Shown piece by piece: positions 23,693-36,879 of a stretch of 64,000 bases of DNA (the first letter of the stretch is position 1; each line of letters opens with the position of its first letter). Both the position numbers and the translations under genes were made by a program. The notes below the pieces were generated by a model. That model was given only the letters and a program-made list of their open reading frames with translations. It searched no databases and was not told the origin of the DNA. The DNA is from Lingula anatina. Lineage: Eukaryota > Animalia > Brachiopoda. The DNA lies in the NCBI GenBank assembly GCA_051362555.1, contig CM120647.1, forward strand, positions 20,622,651 to 20,686,650, given 5' to 3'.

Positions 23693-26600
23693 GTAGGATT
23701 GTGTTACTGACCCCCCCCCCCCGGTCTCACCTAACACATTCACAACTAACACAATCATAGGTACACAATGTATTATGATGTGATATGTCTTTATATATAA
23801 AGGGCTGTAGGCTGGTAAAAAGTTTGAGCAGGAAGTCTTTTAGTCCTAGAAGACATAAAAGTGAGTTAATATAATGTGCATTGCCTGATGCTGACTAATG
23901 GAAAACTAAAAAATATAAACTTCTGATGGTCTGGGAGAAATGAAAAATACAACAAATCATAAAGATACCCCTGCCTGACCTGCTTTGTAGCCTGCAACCC
24001 TGATATATGATTGCGAAATGAATTTTTGTATAATTCTGTATTTATTTGTAGCATTCAGGTTCACTGTAGGGTAGTTTGTTTGCAATCACTTTCTTTTTCA
24101 ATACTTTCTCAACTGATGCAATCATGTGCAAGTGTTCCCTTGCTGGTTGCTTACATGCCCTGAAAATGCACTAAAGGGCAAATGAGTCCCCAGTGTGAAA
24201 TCACAGGGGCTGATCCAGGAACCCACTTTGTACTGACAGAGGGAACTTTGAATGGGTTAAAAACATGGGCAGCACATTGAGGAGCTGAACCATATATTAC
24301 CATCTTGTACCTTGCCCAGAATCTTATGTACAGTTTGATATTGAATGTGTAAAATGTGTTGTGGTGTGCAGACATGATCTTTTTCAGTGGAAACTCGGAA
24401 ATCAGCGTTTTTTAATTCAGTTCTGAGATTCATCAAGATCTGCAATAAAATCTAGGTTGGGTCCCATGATAAATGTTCAGAGTTTTTTTTTTAAAACCTA
24501 GACTCAGGTCAGGGTGTATGTAAATGATGCCATGTATACCTATATAATCCTCTGTGAAGCACACTGGGTTCATTGGTACCAATGTGGATGACCTTGGTAC
24601 CTTCAAGTTGATACTTACCAGATGCATGTCAAAGTTCATGAAGTTAGAAATCAGTTTCAGCAGGAAATGATTGCTTTCATTCTCTGGACAGAGTTTATGT
24701 AACACTCTGTTGCTTCAGTGACCACTTTTTTGAAGAAAATGGGGTTAGGGAAAGGAATGACTATGTAGTCTCAATATATCACAACTAACACAATTGTAGG
24801 TACCCTGACATTATGCTTTTATAACAGTAATTGTTTCTATTGGTATTTATAGTTATTTCTGTTATACAAATCTTCATCACTGCAACACATTGTCAGCAAA
24901 CACAACTTTTATTGGAGATATATGACACATTTAGAGAGCATTATAGTCTGTTTTTTTATTGAGTTTTTTTTCTGTTATTCATATATCTCTGCCAGTATGT
25001 GGGTATCATTTGGGACAAATGTGTCCAATGTTTGTGTTACACAGGAGATTTTAATTGAAATTACATGTCAGTTGTACTTAATCACTTATCAGCTCCAAAC
25101 TTGATAATAGAATAGGTTGCATGTTCTGTATCTAAATCGCTGGAGTGCATAAACACAGCACAAAAATGTCATTGTATTAAAAGGCAAGATTTGAGACAGA
25201 TGTAGTAAAATACAAAAAAAGAAAATTAGTAGTTTGGCTTAGAGTGATATATACACACATATGATTGGACATTTTGGGCAAACGCATGTAGGAGCACTCG
25301 CAAATAATTTAAAATGAAAATATTGATAGAAATGTGATGAATCCAATTATCAAGCATTAGAACATGTTCATTTCTAAATAAATAGCACATGATGGTTGAG
25401 ATAAATACGTTATTAAGTTGCATTAAGGGCAGTAGTACTAGAGACAAGTAAAAAGTATTTTAGACACGTACTGCTCACTATGTTTGAAATGTGCTGGTTG
25501 TCTAAAGTGCCAATTACATTTAAGGCATGTCTTTAAAATGGCACAGTAGGAAACCAAGACCAATGTCTGATTGCAAGGGTGGAATTCCTGGAAAAAAACA
25601 ATGCTTTTCAATTCCATGAATCAATATAATTTTAAATTTAATAGCAGTGTTACTGTTGTACTCAGTCACCGTGACATATGTCCAATGTGGAGCAAAATCC
25701 ATTTGAAGTCATCACTTCAAGTATCCATATATGTAATTTCTCATATAATATAAAAACATTTTGTTGTAGTTTCTAAAACTATGTTTTAATTGTTACCAGT
25801 ATGTGTGAGGAGAAAAGACATTTTAAGAATGTTTTAAAAGATGATTTTTTTTCAGTGAATTTTATTTCAATTTTTAAAAATAAATTAATTACTCTTTTTA
25901 TGAGTAACCATTAGTCATTGATTTACGAGGCCTGTTTTTGCCTGGACTCATTTTGGTTTAACATGAATGCAAAAGGTTAAAAGTGATTTCAAGATCAAAG
26001 TATACCACTGATTAAATCACCCCCCCCCCCTCCCTCTCTCTCTTTTCAATCCTCCCAGAAACCTACAATGATCTACCACTGGCACACATGACTGATAGCA
26101 AAAAAGCACAAAAAAATACAAATAACCTTGAAATGCTCATGTGTGTCATTGCCAAACGGACAAGCTCGTCAATTGTACCAGGAAATGGAACAGTTGATTG
26201 GCATGGACATGCAAATTATAGATTAGGGAAAAAATAGATCGAATTTCTGACTCTCTTTGAACGTGAAATGATCAATTGTTCCTGTCCCTATTGAAGGTGT
26301 TTGATAGGTTTCCTTCTTTTGGGATAACAATAACAAAATTAAATGATCTTTGAACCCTGTTAGTATTCCAAGATGTTTTTACAAAGAAAAAATAGTTTTC
26401 GCTTCAGGAGAAAAACATTTAATTGCCCCCCCTCCCCAGCCTCTTTATGGTATGCATTTCATGAGGTATTAATCAACTAAAATATATGAGAAGAGATGCC
26501 TCCTTTTAATGAGCATGTTTGAATGGTTTAATTACTCAGTTGTACCCCCTCCTCTCTGTTTATGTAATTTTTCCAATCTGTTGTCCCTGAGAAAAATGTT

Positions 26601-26960
26601 CAATGAAATGGACAGCAGTAAAAGCAGTGGACAGTCGTCTGACCTCTTTAAAATTGTCTGCTCTGATTAAAGCTTCCTGTATGATTACTGACAGTGTCTA
26701 AGATAATGAACATGTGCACACAATAACTGCAATTTTCCGCTGTTATTTTGAAAAATTACCACAACCCTGTTGAAGCTCTGGAAATGACATTGGCCATGGT
26801 TGGTGTAAACTGGTAATTTCTTTCAATAACTTTGTTTCTGATTTGCCTCAGACTTGAAGATAACTCAGATACTGGATCAAAAAAATCACATGCCTGCTTT
26901 CAGGAACATTACAGAAGTATGTTGATGCATGTACACTTTATTTATTAAAGATATTGTTTT

Positions 26961-27146
26961 CAGGCCCATAGCCAGTGATATCAAAGGGGTGAAGGGTTGT
27001 CTTTCAGGAAAAGTGACCCATTTAACATGTTCCTAGAACAATATTTATCCAGAACATAACTTTTCTGGCAAAAGGTCTGTTTGTTTGTTTGAACCGCTCC
27101 CCCTCCCCCTGCGCCCCCCCCCCCCCTTCCCCCTGCTATGGGCCTG
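26961..27146. mobile_element. MITE family A, diverged copy
   Basis: CAGGCCCATAGCCAG...CTGCTATGGGCCTG with shared internal AAAAGGTC; no intact target duplication. Confidence 0.7.
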
Positions 27147-29110
27147 ATTTAAGACTCATACAGATATCTTCAGGACAGTCTTAATGTCTTAGGGGTATTG
27201 ACCCATTTCCATTTGATTTCATTTGATTTAATATACAACAAAGAAGGCAGTTCATCTTCATTTTCAACAAGTGTGTGTGGTGTCTGTAGTGTTCATCTGC
27301 TTCCTTTTGTAATGGCGTTTCTGTTCTCTGCTTCCTTTGTAATGAAATTCCTTTTATCTCGTTAGCAGATGAGGACATATGGCCTATGATGTCCAAAGAC
27401 TTGGTGATTACATGGTGATTGCTCAATTAATTCCAACAAAATAAAATGCTTGATTTGTGTTAGAAATGCTTGAAATATTAACCAAGATTTTGATGGTTTC
27501 CTGTCAGAAAGTAAATTTTCATGGGTAATTGAAAATTAAAAGGATTTGAAAGAATATAATTATGCGATTAGTATAATGTTTAGTGCTGGTGGTTTTTAGT
27601 TGAAAAGGTGGACTTTTTATCTCTCCTTCCTCCCCCTCCCCCCCCCCCCACACACACACACAGACACTCACACACACTCAAACAACTTAATTAATAAAAG
27701 CAATAACTTCATTACTTATTGCAACCCATTGGGTTAAGTTGTACATGAAAGAAATTTTACTGTGGATGCCTGATCACTTTTGGCCTAGATGCTGGCTAGG
27801 TGTTGACACTCTCGCCTTCTTGGGGAGGCTACAACTCAGTTGGATCATCTCAAAGGATGCAACAAAACCTTCTGAGTCACAAGGGCTGGTTCTTTAGAAT
27901 ATATATATTATAATGTAATTAGATGGCTTGCCAGCTGACATTGGTTACAACTCAGCTTGTCTGGAAATAGGACGTTATCACTTTTGATTGGCATTGAACT
28001 TTCATACAGCTAAGGCCACACGTCTGGGTCAATATCTAGCTGTTTTCAGCGAAAATTGCTCACCGACGATATATAGACATCATTGAACTTGACTGGAAAT
28101 TTTTTCTTGCTTCTCTGAGCATCTTTCTGTCATGCGCAAAAATGGAGGTATCTGTTTCTTGTCTCGGGGTCCTCTGGGAAATAAGATGTTCTATCTGTTA
28201 GGGTACGATTACGTGTAGTCTGGATGTCGAGGATGAGATTGGAAAATTTGCAATAATGCTGTGACGCGGTTCACTGAATGCGAGAGTCTTGTAAATCCCA
28301 TAGTCAGCAATTTCAATGGGGGGGGGGGGGGTCTTGTTTTCTAAAATAACATGGGTTTTTTAAGCCAGTAATTATCTCAACCTGAGAAATGGCATTGTAT
28401 CTGGTAGGATGGAAATTTGATTCATATTTGACCTTTACTGATCAAAATGGCGGTTCTGTCAACCCCTCCATCCCCCTGAGGAATGGGAAGTAAAGTCCTT
28501 AACATGGAGATGAAGATTTTTTTCAATCAGATGGCAATGAAGACATTGTCATGGTGATAGAGGTCAAGAAATCTGTTTATTTTTTAGTTATTTTTATATC
28601 AAGCTGGAAAAGGATTGTAACTGGAAGTTAAGTTTGAGAAGTTTTGTCAGGTGGCACCAGGTTTGTAGTTGTGGATCCAAGAAGGCAAGAAATTAAGTCT
28701 TAATTAGGGCCACACAGACTTTTCTGTACAAATGGATCACTATACCCAAGTGATCCAAAAGATACATCTAGTTTTATGTACGTAGCTTTTTTAGAAGAAA
28801 TTTGGAGTTGCCAACGTGACAGTGCTCAAAATGCCTCAAATCTGTTGTCTAGCATACATTAACAATAGAACAACACCTGTTAGACTATGGACCAAAAATG
28901 AACACCCCCCCTCCCCTTGGGGATTTTTCTAGGCTGTATTTTTCGTATACCTTGGGTAGTATTCTCTTAGAATTTGGTTGTCTTCCATGCGGGATTTGCT
29001 GATTTTGGCTGTGAAGGCTGCTATTTTAAATACGTAATGAGTTTTAATATTTTATTATAAGTCAGTGAAAAGCTATAATTCAAATAAAGCATGCAATACA
29101 TCAAATATAA

Positions 29111-29324
29111 GACCCCATTCCCAGAGATTAGATCGATCCAACTAGATCGACCTAACTCCCTGGGGGTTCACGCTAAATAGCTGTCAGCCTAGCGAGCACG
29201 AAAGTTAATTACCCCCTCACAGCTTGTAGTAGGCGGGACGGACATTTAAGCCGGATTATCTGACAGTAATCTAGTGAGACTCCCCACGGGGATAGATAGA
29301 TCTATAATCTATGGGAATACGCCC
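29111..29324. mobile_element. PIF/Harbinger-type (Tourist-like) MITE
   Basis: GACCCCATTCCCAGAGATTA...TAATCTATGGGAATACGCCC flanked by TAA on both sides. Confidence 0.75.
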
Positions 29325-31686
29325 TAAGGTTTGTTACCTTGTGGAGTCCAAAAATGAACTTCTTGTCTTGATTGGAGCAAGCATTTAAAAATTATATTCA
29401 AAAGTAGGTCAAAAAGTTAACATTCTTGAAATTGCGTAAGTTGGCTAATAGAAAAATGTTGTCGCCATTTGTAAAGGCCTATAAGACAAATATTAACATA
29501 ACAGTTATCTAATTACTTTATTAAATTTTGTTTGTTTGAATCATATCCCTACAATATAGTAGACGGGTGTAAGGTTTCAGAATTATAAATATCTGTATTA
29601 AACTGGCATGCATAACACGAAAATCCTGAAGAAAAAAAATTTACAACTTAACCTGGAAGAGGGAGAACTATAGAAATCACTAGATTGTGTACTTTAGGTA
29701 AACTCCTCTAAAATGTTAATGTAAAGAGCTTGAGGAGTCTAGAAATATAAAATGAGAGAAAAGATGGAGGGTTTAATGTGATATGTGATTAAAAAAAGTA
29801 AAGCTAAAATAAAGAATGATGCAATTAAGGAAGGGGAGCAAAAAGAGGAGATTTGAAAAGAAAGAAAGAGAATGATGGAAAAGATATAAAATTTAGTACT
29901 GATTTCAGAGGAAAAATAATGAACTATTCTTTGAGAGAAAGATTATAACAGAAAGCAAAATTTTATCTTATCAAAAGACAGTGCCATTTTTATACCACAC
30001 ATTAGTAGACTCGTGTTAGGAATACTTTCATGAAATCTTTATTGTTCAGAGAACTTAAATTGAACAGCACAAACAAAAACAACTTATATACATGATAAAC
30101 ATGTGTCCAATGCATTTCAACCCTGATGGTTTTACTTTTGATTTGTTTTTACACAGCCATTATATTCGGCTCACTAGCAAACACTTTTACCATAACTGCT
30201 AATATAATAAACTGTGGAATTGACTGAAGTAGCATATTAATTGGTAATATCATAAAATATAATCTAAATCTTTCTTCTGTTTTTCTGATAAAAAATAAAT
30301 AAAAAATGATCATTTTAAGCCATTTGTATAAAAAAATTATAAGGGCCACACTACAGTATTTTGTCCTTATATTATTTTATCCTTTGTCAGTTTCTCTCTA
30401 ATTTTAGGAAAAATAAAGTTTTGGTCAGATAAAATCACTTTAAATTTTCTATTTATATTTTCTTGTAGAATTATAAGACATTGAGAATTTACAACACAAA
30501 ATAGAGGAAAAATACTGAGAAGTGACCCATATTTGTTGACAACAATGGCACTTAAAATTCAGTTGTAGAACTCAGCTGCTACAGATCTGCAAAGTTAATT
30601 AAGAGCTAGCTTTTTGTACAAGTGCTAAAAACTATAATACACATTTACAGTTTATATTTGATCAGCCAGCACTTTGTTTTGCCCTGATTTGTTAAAGATT
30701 AGAAGAAAAATTAATATATCAAATACAAATCTGTCTAGTTACACAGTTTGAGAGTACATATACACCAGGGGCAAATCCATGCAACCATCTTGGATGTTAG
30801 ACATCTAGACAGACTCTGTCACGTTAAGTTAAGGATTGTTACCACTCATATAAGGCTGTAGATTTATCACTTTCAGTAAGACATTGCTAGAACATTTTTA
30901 AAAGTCTTTAGTTCTTGGTCTAAGTTTAGACTTGAAATGCGGCAGCCAACTATACTAATCAATTTAATCTACTTCGAAAAATTTCAATGAAAGATAGAGT
31001 TAATAATAATAATAATGATTAAAAATATATATAAGTATATTTGGCAAACCTTAATGGACAAAACTGCATTCAAGTTGACACCAGTATGTTTAAGGGACTT
31101 AATGGTATTGTTAAAAGACAAAAAAAAAAAAAAAAAAAAATTACATGGTATTAGAAAGATTATCTTTCCTGTAAATCTGCATATCATGCCCTGGTATGGA
31201 TATCTTGTTTGCTGGGTGATTATATAAATCTGAAAATGAATAAGATGAAAAAATTCTTCTTAGTTTTTGTTTTTGTTTATCCCAATTGTGAATTTTCAAG
31301 GGGGCTACCTGAATTCACATGGGTACATGAATGTACTCCATAAACATAGTAGACCACACTGTAGTACTGAAACCATGGAGACGGTTTGAACAAAAATATA
31401 ATTATTAAAAATATACCAGTATTTAACATCATCTCCATTGTTATCTTTAATGTACAACTCATAAATATAAATATATTACAGATTTTAATGCACACATCCC
31501 TAGCAGCCATTTTTTTTCATGGCGTAATTTACAACACACAACATCACCAGTTCATTTAATCTGGCTACATCACCACATTATATAATAATATACATGTACA
31601 GTTTTACATACTGAAAGCAAAACGTCAGAACTTGTTTTTTTTATTTGAATTAAAGCAAATTATCATTTAGCATACACTAATTGTAC

Positions 31687-31854
31687 CAGGCCCGTAACCA
31701 GCAATTTCAAATAGGGGGGTTCTTTTTCTGAAAAAGTGGACCTTTCCCATAAAAACTTCATGTACCTAGATCAAATTTTACCCAGAGTGGACCTTTTCCC
31801 AGCAAAAGGGGCGGTTCCTTCGAACCCCCCGAACCCCCCCTAGCTACGGGCCTG
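31687..31854. mobile_element. MITE family A copy (opposite orientation to 8183)
   Basis: CAGGCCCGTAACCAG...CTAGCTACGGGCCTG flanked by TGTAC on both sides; internal GTGGACCTTT motifs shared with the 8183 copy. Confidence 0.88.
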
Positions 31855-32571
31855 TGTACTGTATGTTTGAGAGCATGGGAAGTTTATTATTGTCTCATGC
31901 CACATTGTTTGCAAATGGTTACATTGCCATCTGTTTTGATATATTACCACAGCGATATGGCACATACAGAGTGCTTTTGATGTTGTTGATATTGCATTGT
32001 TGCTGTAAGTTGCATCAACAAGGATAATTTGATCATTTCTGAATATAATGCTAAGTTTTACTCATTGGGAACTGTTAACATACAAGTGTAGGCTAAGCTC
32101 AAATATTAAGTTAATCTGTTTTAGGCACAAGTAAATGCCAGTGCACCTAATATTGCAAACTATTACCAGATTGAAATTATGTCATATGGCCCTTGCTTTT
32201 AAGAATAAAACAGATGTCATACGACCCAGTGACAGTTTTGCTGTGATTTTGTACATTAATAAGTGAATATTTGTAAAAGCTTAAGTAAATCTATAACAAT
32301 CATGAAATACAGATTGATACATATATAAAAAGCACTTTTGCTATTTAAAAGTGATCTTATAATTGTAAACACTCAAAGTCATGTTTGCTCAAAGACTAAA
32401 AATGTTGAACATTGTGACTAAAACATATAGTACATATAACAGCTGTCTTTGAAAGTCTCACACTCTCTAACAGACAGAAGGCACCTAAATGGTCATCTCT
32501 ATATTTCAAAATAGATAATTTATAAGCAAAAATGTTCATTAGCTTAAAAGGTTGATCATAATTGAACATAA

Positions 32572-32719
32572 TCAAACCCAAGTTGAAAAACCTTCATACC
32601 ATTAGCTTACAACATCTATATTGAGTAACAACATCTACTCACATCAGTCTGATGAAGGCCTACATCCAGGTTGGCCGTATGCTAATGGTATGGATGTTTT
32701 TTTTTTGGCTTGTGTTTGA
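32572..32719. repeat. Inverted repeat enclosing degenerate hammerhead-like motifs (possible Penelope-like remnant)
   Basis: About 40-bp arms TCAAAC(C/A)CAAG..CATACCATTAGC; the loop contains GAGTA..TACTC and CATCAGTCTGATGAAGGCC..GGCCG. Confidence 0.5.
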
Positions 32720-33406
32720 CAATTTTCATTCATATATAATTTATACTTCTTGATCAATGACTTCTTGTAAAGAATTGTCCTCGTAGAACTTTGATTTTCA
32801 TTTTCTTTGGCTTCCTATCTTGGTCAGTTTGGGATCAGTTGAATTACTTTACTGATAAAGAGCTGGCAATTACTTAGAAAAATTGACTGCAAAAATCAGT
32901 GCCGAATATAAAAGTGCAGCACAGTAAGCAATCAAATATATCCCCCAAGGATTTGCCAAATGCAATTTATACTTTTTGACTATTATAATGGCTTTATTTT
33001 CCTTGCTTGTCTAGTTTCACTGTTCCTAAAATTGGTTTTTTACCTTTTTGATCAGCTTTGAAATTGGCCAATTTCAATGGAGAGGATTAATAGCATGATT
33101 GGGGAAAGGCTGGTTAAAAGTGACAATTTGCTTCTGTTATTGATTTTCTCGCAGAAATAAAGATGAAAATGATAATGTATTATCTTCTGAATCTATGTCC
33201 TAAAGTTGATGCTCATGTCGAGATTGTGGTATTGCTTATGGACAAACCATTCATTATGGTGAACATATGGAATGTCATTAGTGGAAATTAAAGTTCTTTG
33301 ATGTATTCTTGTTAGGACATTCATTTACAGTTTTTATCAAGATGTATACGTATGTTTATACCCATGAATCATACCGTTTGGAAGCCAAAAACATTCATGC
33401 TCATGA

Positions 33407-33721
33407 TCAGGAAATTGTTTCACTTTCATGTTTGAATATAGAGTCATGTCCATTTACCATTTTATTAATCTCAGCAGCATCCTGCTCTGAATGGAAAATG
33501 ACTGTTACATTGCCTGGGTCATCTTGTGCGTTATCTGCAGAAGGTTGATGATGGGCACCGTTATTATTAGCATAAAGAGGGGTCAGTTCAATACTTTGAG
33601 CTTCCCAGTCTTTATACTTGGCAGCCACCATGTTGGAATTTGCAGCCATTTTGGAAGCTGTGTCATTTTGATGCTGCTGCTGTTGTTGTTGTCTTCTGTC
33701 TGCTAGAGAGTGTGCGTCCTG
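33407..33721 (-). other. In-frame open extension (104 codons) behind the GPCR UGA stop; candidate readthrough region
   Basis: GAT TGA CAG GAC GCA... continues without a stop as QDAHSLADRRQQQQQQHQNDTASK into the listed ORF 33407-33649 (offset 72 nt, same frame). Confidence 0.5.
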
Positions 33722-34879
33722 TCAATCATTGATTTGATTGACAGTTATACACATCGTATCAGTAATCTGATTAGAGTCTGTATATTTATGAAGCTTGGTT
33801 TTAGCTTTACAAATCTCACTCCTTTCGGGGCAGCGTTCACAGCAGCCACATTTCTCCCAACAGCGAGCTATGAGGCGTCGACACCCTTCGCGAAAATCTG
33901 GCATTCGGAGGCCATAAATAAAAGGATCACACAGAGGATTGAGAATCATAATAAGATTAGTGACACCCCCTACAATGATTTTGACTTGCGGTTCACCTTC
34001 ACCTTGAGGACTCATTTGAGCATTGACAAAGGCATTAGCAATCCCAGGAACCCAAAACAAAATGATTGTCCCCAGCAGCAAGGCTATCGTTTTGTTCACT
34101 TTATGCTGCGCTGCATTGTCCCCATGAGATATTCTCCTTATCTTGGTGTAGAGTTGTAGATACAGTATAATGTCGATAGAGGTCGTTGCGATAAATATGA
34201 CACCAACTAGGTAGCACTGGCCAACGTGGTAGTAAGGCATTTCAGAGTAATGTGAGAAACAATCGGCTGGTAATTTTGCAATGTAATAACTAAGATGCAT
34301 GACAACGTAGAAAAATGCTGTAAGACCATAACAGAAGATGTTGAATAAGTTGACTCTCCTTTCCGTGACGATCCTATCGTACTCCAGCGCCTTTGTCACA
34401 GACAAGTACTGATTAATCACAAAGCCTGATGTCACGAGAAGCGGCGTGATTAAAAACACGTAAGAGGCATCAGCTAGAACAAAGGCAGCACACAACACTT
34501 CAGGACCTCTGGCCAGTTTCAGCTGCACAGTGTAGTATACCCCCGTACTCAGGGCAATGAGTACACTTAAGATGAGATCCGACAAAGCCAAGTTGATTAG
34601 CAGATAATGGAACGGTTGCCATGGTTTTCGTATGTGAAGTAGACACAGCAACGAAAGAAGGTTTTCTACGACACCTATGCATGCCAGCACGCACATGGTG
34701 ACGGTGAAAAATGCAAAGTACTCGTGCTCATCAACGTCGGCCACTGTGTGATTTTCTGACCTGTCGTAGATGATGGAGGTTGACTCCGACTGGCTAAGGT
34801 TCTGGATTCCCAGCAAATACTTTGCTGATTTCTCAGATGCCAGGTGGTGGAAAACCTCCCCCTCCATTTTACTTGTCAT
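33722..34879 (-). CDS. Rhodopsin-like (class A) orphan GPCR with uninterrupted CDS, antisense within the presumed KDM1B intron
   Basis: 385-aa ORF with seven hydrophobic segments. N-terminal glycosylation sequons (NLS, NHT), TM1 GVVEN, TM2 NLALSD, TM3 end NQY in place of DRY, ICL2 LEYDRIVT, TM6 FWVP, TM7 LNPLCDPFIY, helix 8 (MPDFREG) followed by a Cys cluster. Confidence 0.92.
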   Translation of the reverse strand: MTSKMEGEVFHHLASEKSAKYLLGIQNLSQSESTSIIYDRSENHTVADVDEHEYFAFFTVTMCVLACIGVVENLLSLLCLLHIRKPWQPFHYLLINLALSDLILSVLIALSTGVYYTVQLKLARGPEVLCAAFVLADASYVFLITPLLVTSGFVINQYLSVTKALEYDRIVTERRVNLFNIFCYGLTAFFYVVMHLSYYIAKLPADCFSHYSEMPYYHVGQCYLVGVIFIATTSIDIILYLQLYTKIRRISHGDNAAQHKVNKTIALLLGTIILFWVPGIANAFVNAQMSPQGEGEPQVKIIVGGVTNLIMILNPLCDPFIYGLRMPDFREGCRRLIARCWEKCGCCERCPERSEICKAKTKLHKYTDSNQITDTMCITVNQIND

Positions 34880-36848
34880 TTTGACTATTTTATGTATTCA
34901 GAAGCCTCTTTTTATTGAATTAAACCTTCTTGGTTTTTCTCATCCATCCAGTATGAGGCACATAGCAGTGTGGGATGATCTCTGAATCAATGTTTTATCA
35001 ACTGTCACATGCGTTGATAGGCTTTCTGTTCTTCGTTATGCAGGCAGTCATTTTGAAGTTGATTTAAAAATGAATGTTTGAAAGCAGTTAGTACATGAAA
35101 TATATACTTCTTTTTCATGCACAAATTACTATCTTTACCAATCCAGACAGTTATGATATATTATTTGTTAAATTGCCCAGATTACCTGAATCTATTGCAG
35201 GAAATCGGGTTTTTACTTGATGTGATTTCTGCCATTGCCTTGAAGTATCACCGTGATGTGTTTTCTTCCTGGCCAGTGAGCGTTTTGCATCTTAGTTCAT
35301 GTCCCTTCACTGTATTACAGACATGGAAATCAACTATTTGTATTTAGTTTCTTTTATGATTGTTATCTTGGAAATGTTTTAGTCATTAAAACCTGGACTT
35401 TATAACTGCTTCTCAGAATTGTGTGAATAGATCTTCTAGAGCTTTTATCCCACTTCCTCAGTGATGATTCCAATCTATATCTCCATGTGTCTAAGGTATC
35501 TGGTTTTACTTCCTGGTTTTGTTTCCAGATAAGAGTCTTTTAAGCAAACTGATCTTTGTCTGTCACAACCTGAAATAGATTGAAATAAGACATTTGGATT
35601 ATTTCATTTATTGTTTTTTTTTTATTGGTCAATATAGTTCTCCATCGTGCAGGCTGGAATTGGATTTGTTATTAATGAGATTGTGTGATATGCTTTCCAG
35701 GTGAATCATTATTGGTGTGCTGGGCAATATGTTCCTCTTTCTCTCTCTTTCTTTCTCTCTCTCTCTGTTGTTTGGACTTACACACACACACCAGTGTATA
35801 CAAACATACACACACATACACGTGTGGACTCGCACATGTCCCCATACAAGCATGCACACACATACAAATACATGCAGTCTCCTCTCTCTCTCTCTCTCTC
35901 TCTACATCCCCATCTCTCTCTCTCTATCACTCACACATCACTCACACATACTGTGGCACTTGAATTTCCCCGTTTTCTTTGAACTCCTCCACAGCCTGTG
36001 CCACCTGTTATACCAAACAAGTCTTTGGATCAAGTGTCTTTTATTCAGATAATTCTCTGTCTCTGGTGTGGTCATTGCTGCCCACATTGACAAATCTTAT
36101 CAGCTTTTATTAGTTGTGATTGAGGTCTCCTCCTACTGCTTTAAGTATTTCAGATTGTATAACACCTTACACATTTTTTTCAACATTGGTCATTTTTAGC
36201 TTTAGCCAAATATATGTATTTTGTCTGACATGAATCAACCCAACTGACTTTTCCTAATTTTTATATGAACATTTTTAATAAGAAAACATCGTCCTGGCAA
36301 AATTGGTTATCAATTCATTTATTCTTTAATGTAATAGATAATCATTACCATACCTTGAGATTATTGTCCGTAATATCTGTTCATGTCCTGCTGATGTCTC
36401 CTTGATTTCAGATTATCTATAGATGTGTAGGAAGATCCTATAATTGAACACATGGGGGGATTCTCTCTGTCTGTCCATCCACCAGTGTTATTTTTGAAAT
36501 CCTCTTTTTTCACAATTAAGTAGCAGGGTGGATTTTCATTAGGTGTTATGTCCATTTGAATTCCTCTTTCTTCACAATTAAGTCACAGGATATGTTTTCA
36601 TGAGGAAGAAGTAACACTTATTCTCAGCAGAATCAGCAGGGATAGTTCCTTAGACAATCTCCTTGCTCTACTGAAAAAAGAAAAAGACAATCATTTGAAG
36701 TATGTAGGGTATGAACAACATTTAATTCTTATTTCTTGGTGCGGCTTGCTATAATTATCTAAAAATTCAAAAAAGAACATTACGAAAACTTTGCACATTA
36801 TTTCTCTTGGCATCACCTGTTAAAATTTTGATGTTAGGTTAGGCACCT

Positions 36849-36879
<31 letters not shown>

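Noticed and set aside
24150-24620. Possible SINE fragments
   Set aside because: No A/B boxes or second copy identified by eye; unsupported.
33722-33724. Selenocysteine at the GPCR UGA
   Set aside because: No redox motif and no SECIS recognised; the position is in a disordered receptor tail.
33710-34159. 149-aa plus-strand ORF
   Set aside because: Antisense shadow of the GPCR; no LSD2-like or other recognisable motif.
35629-36052. Several overlapping 60-110 aa ORFs
   Set aside because: Products of (CT)n and (CA)n low-complexity sequence.
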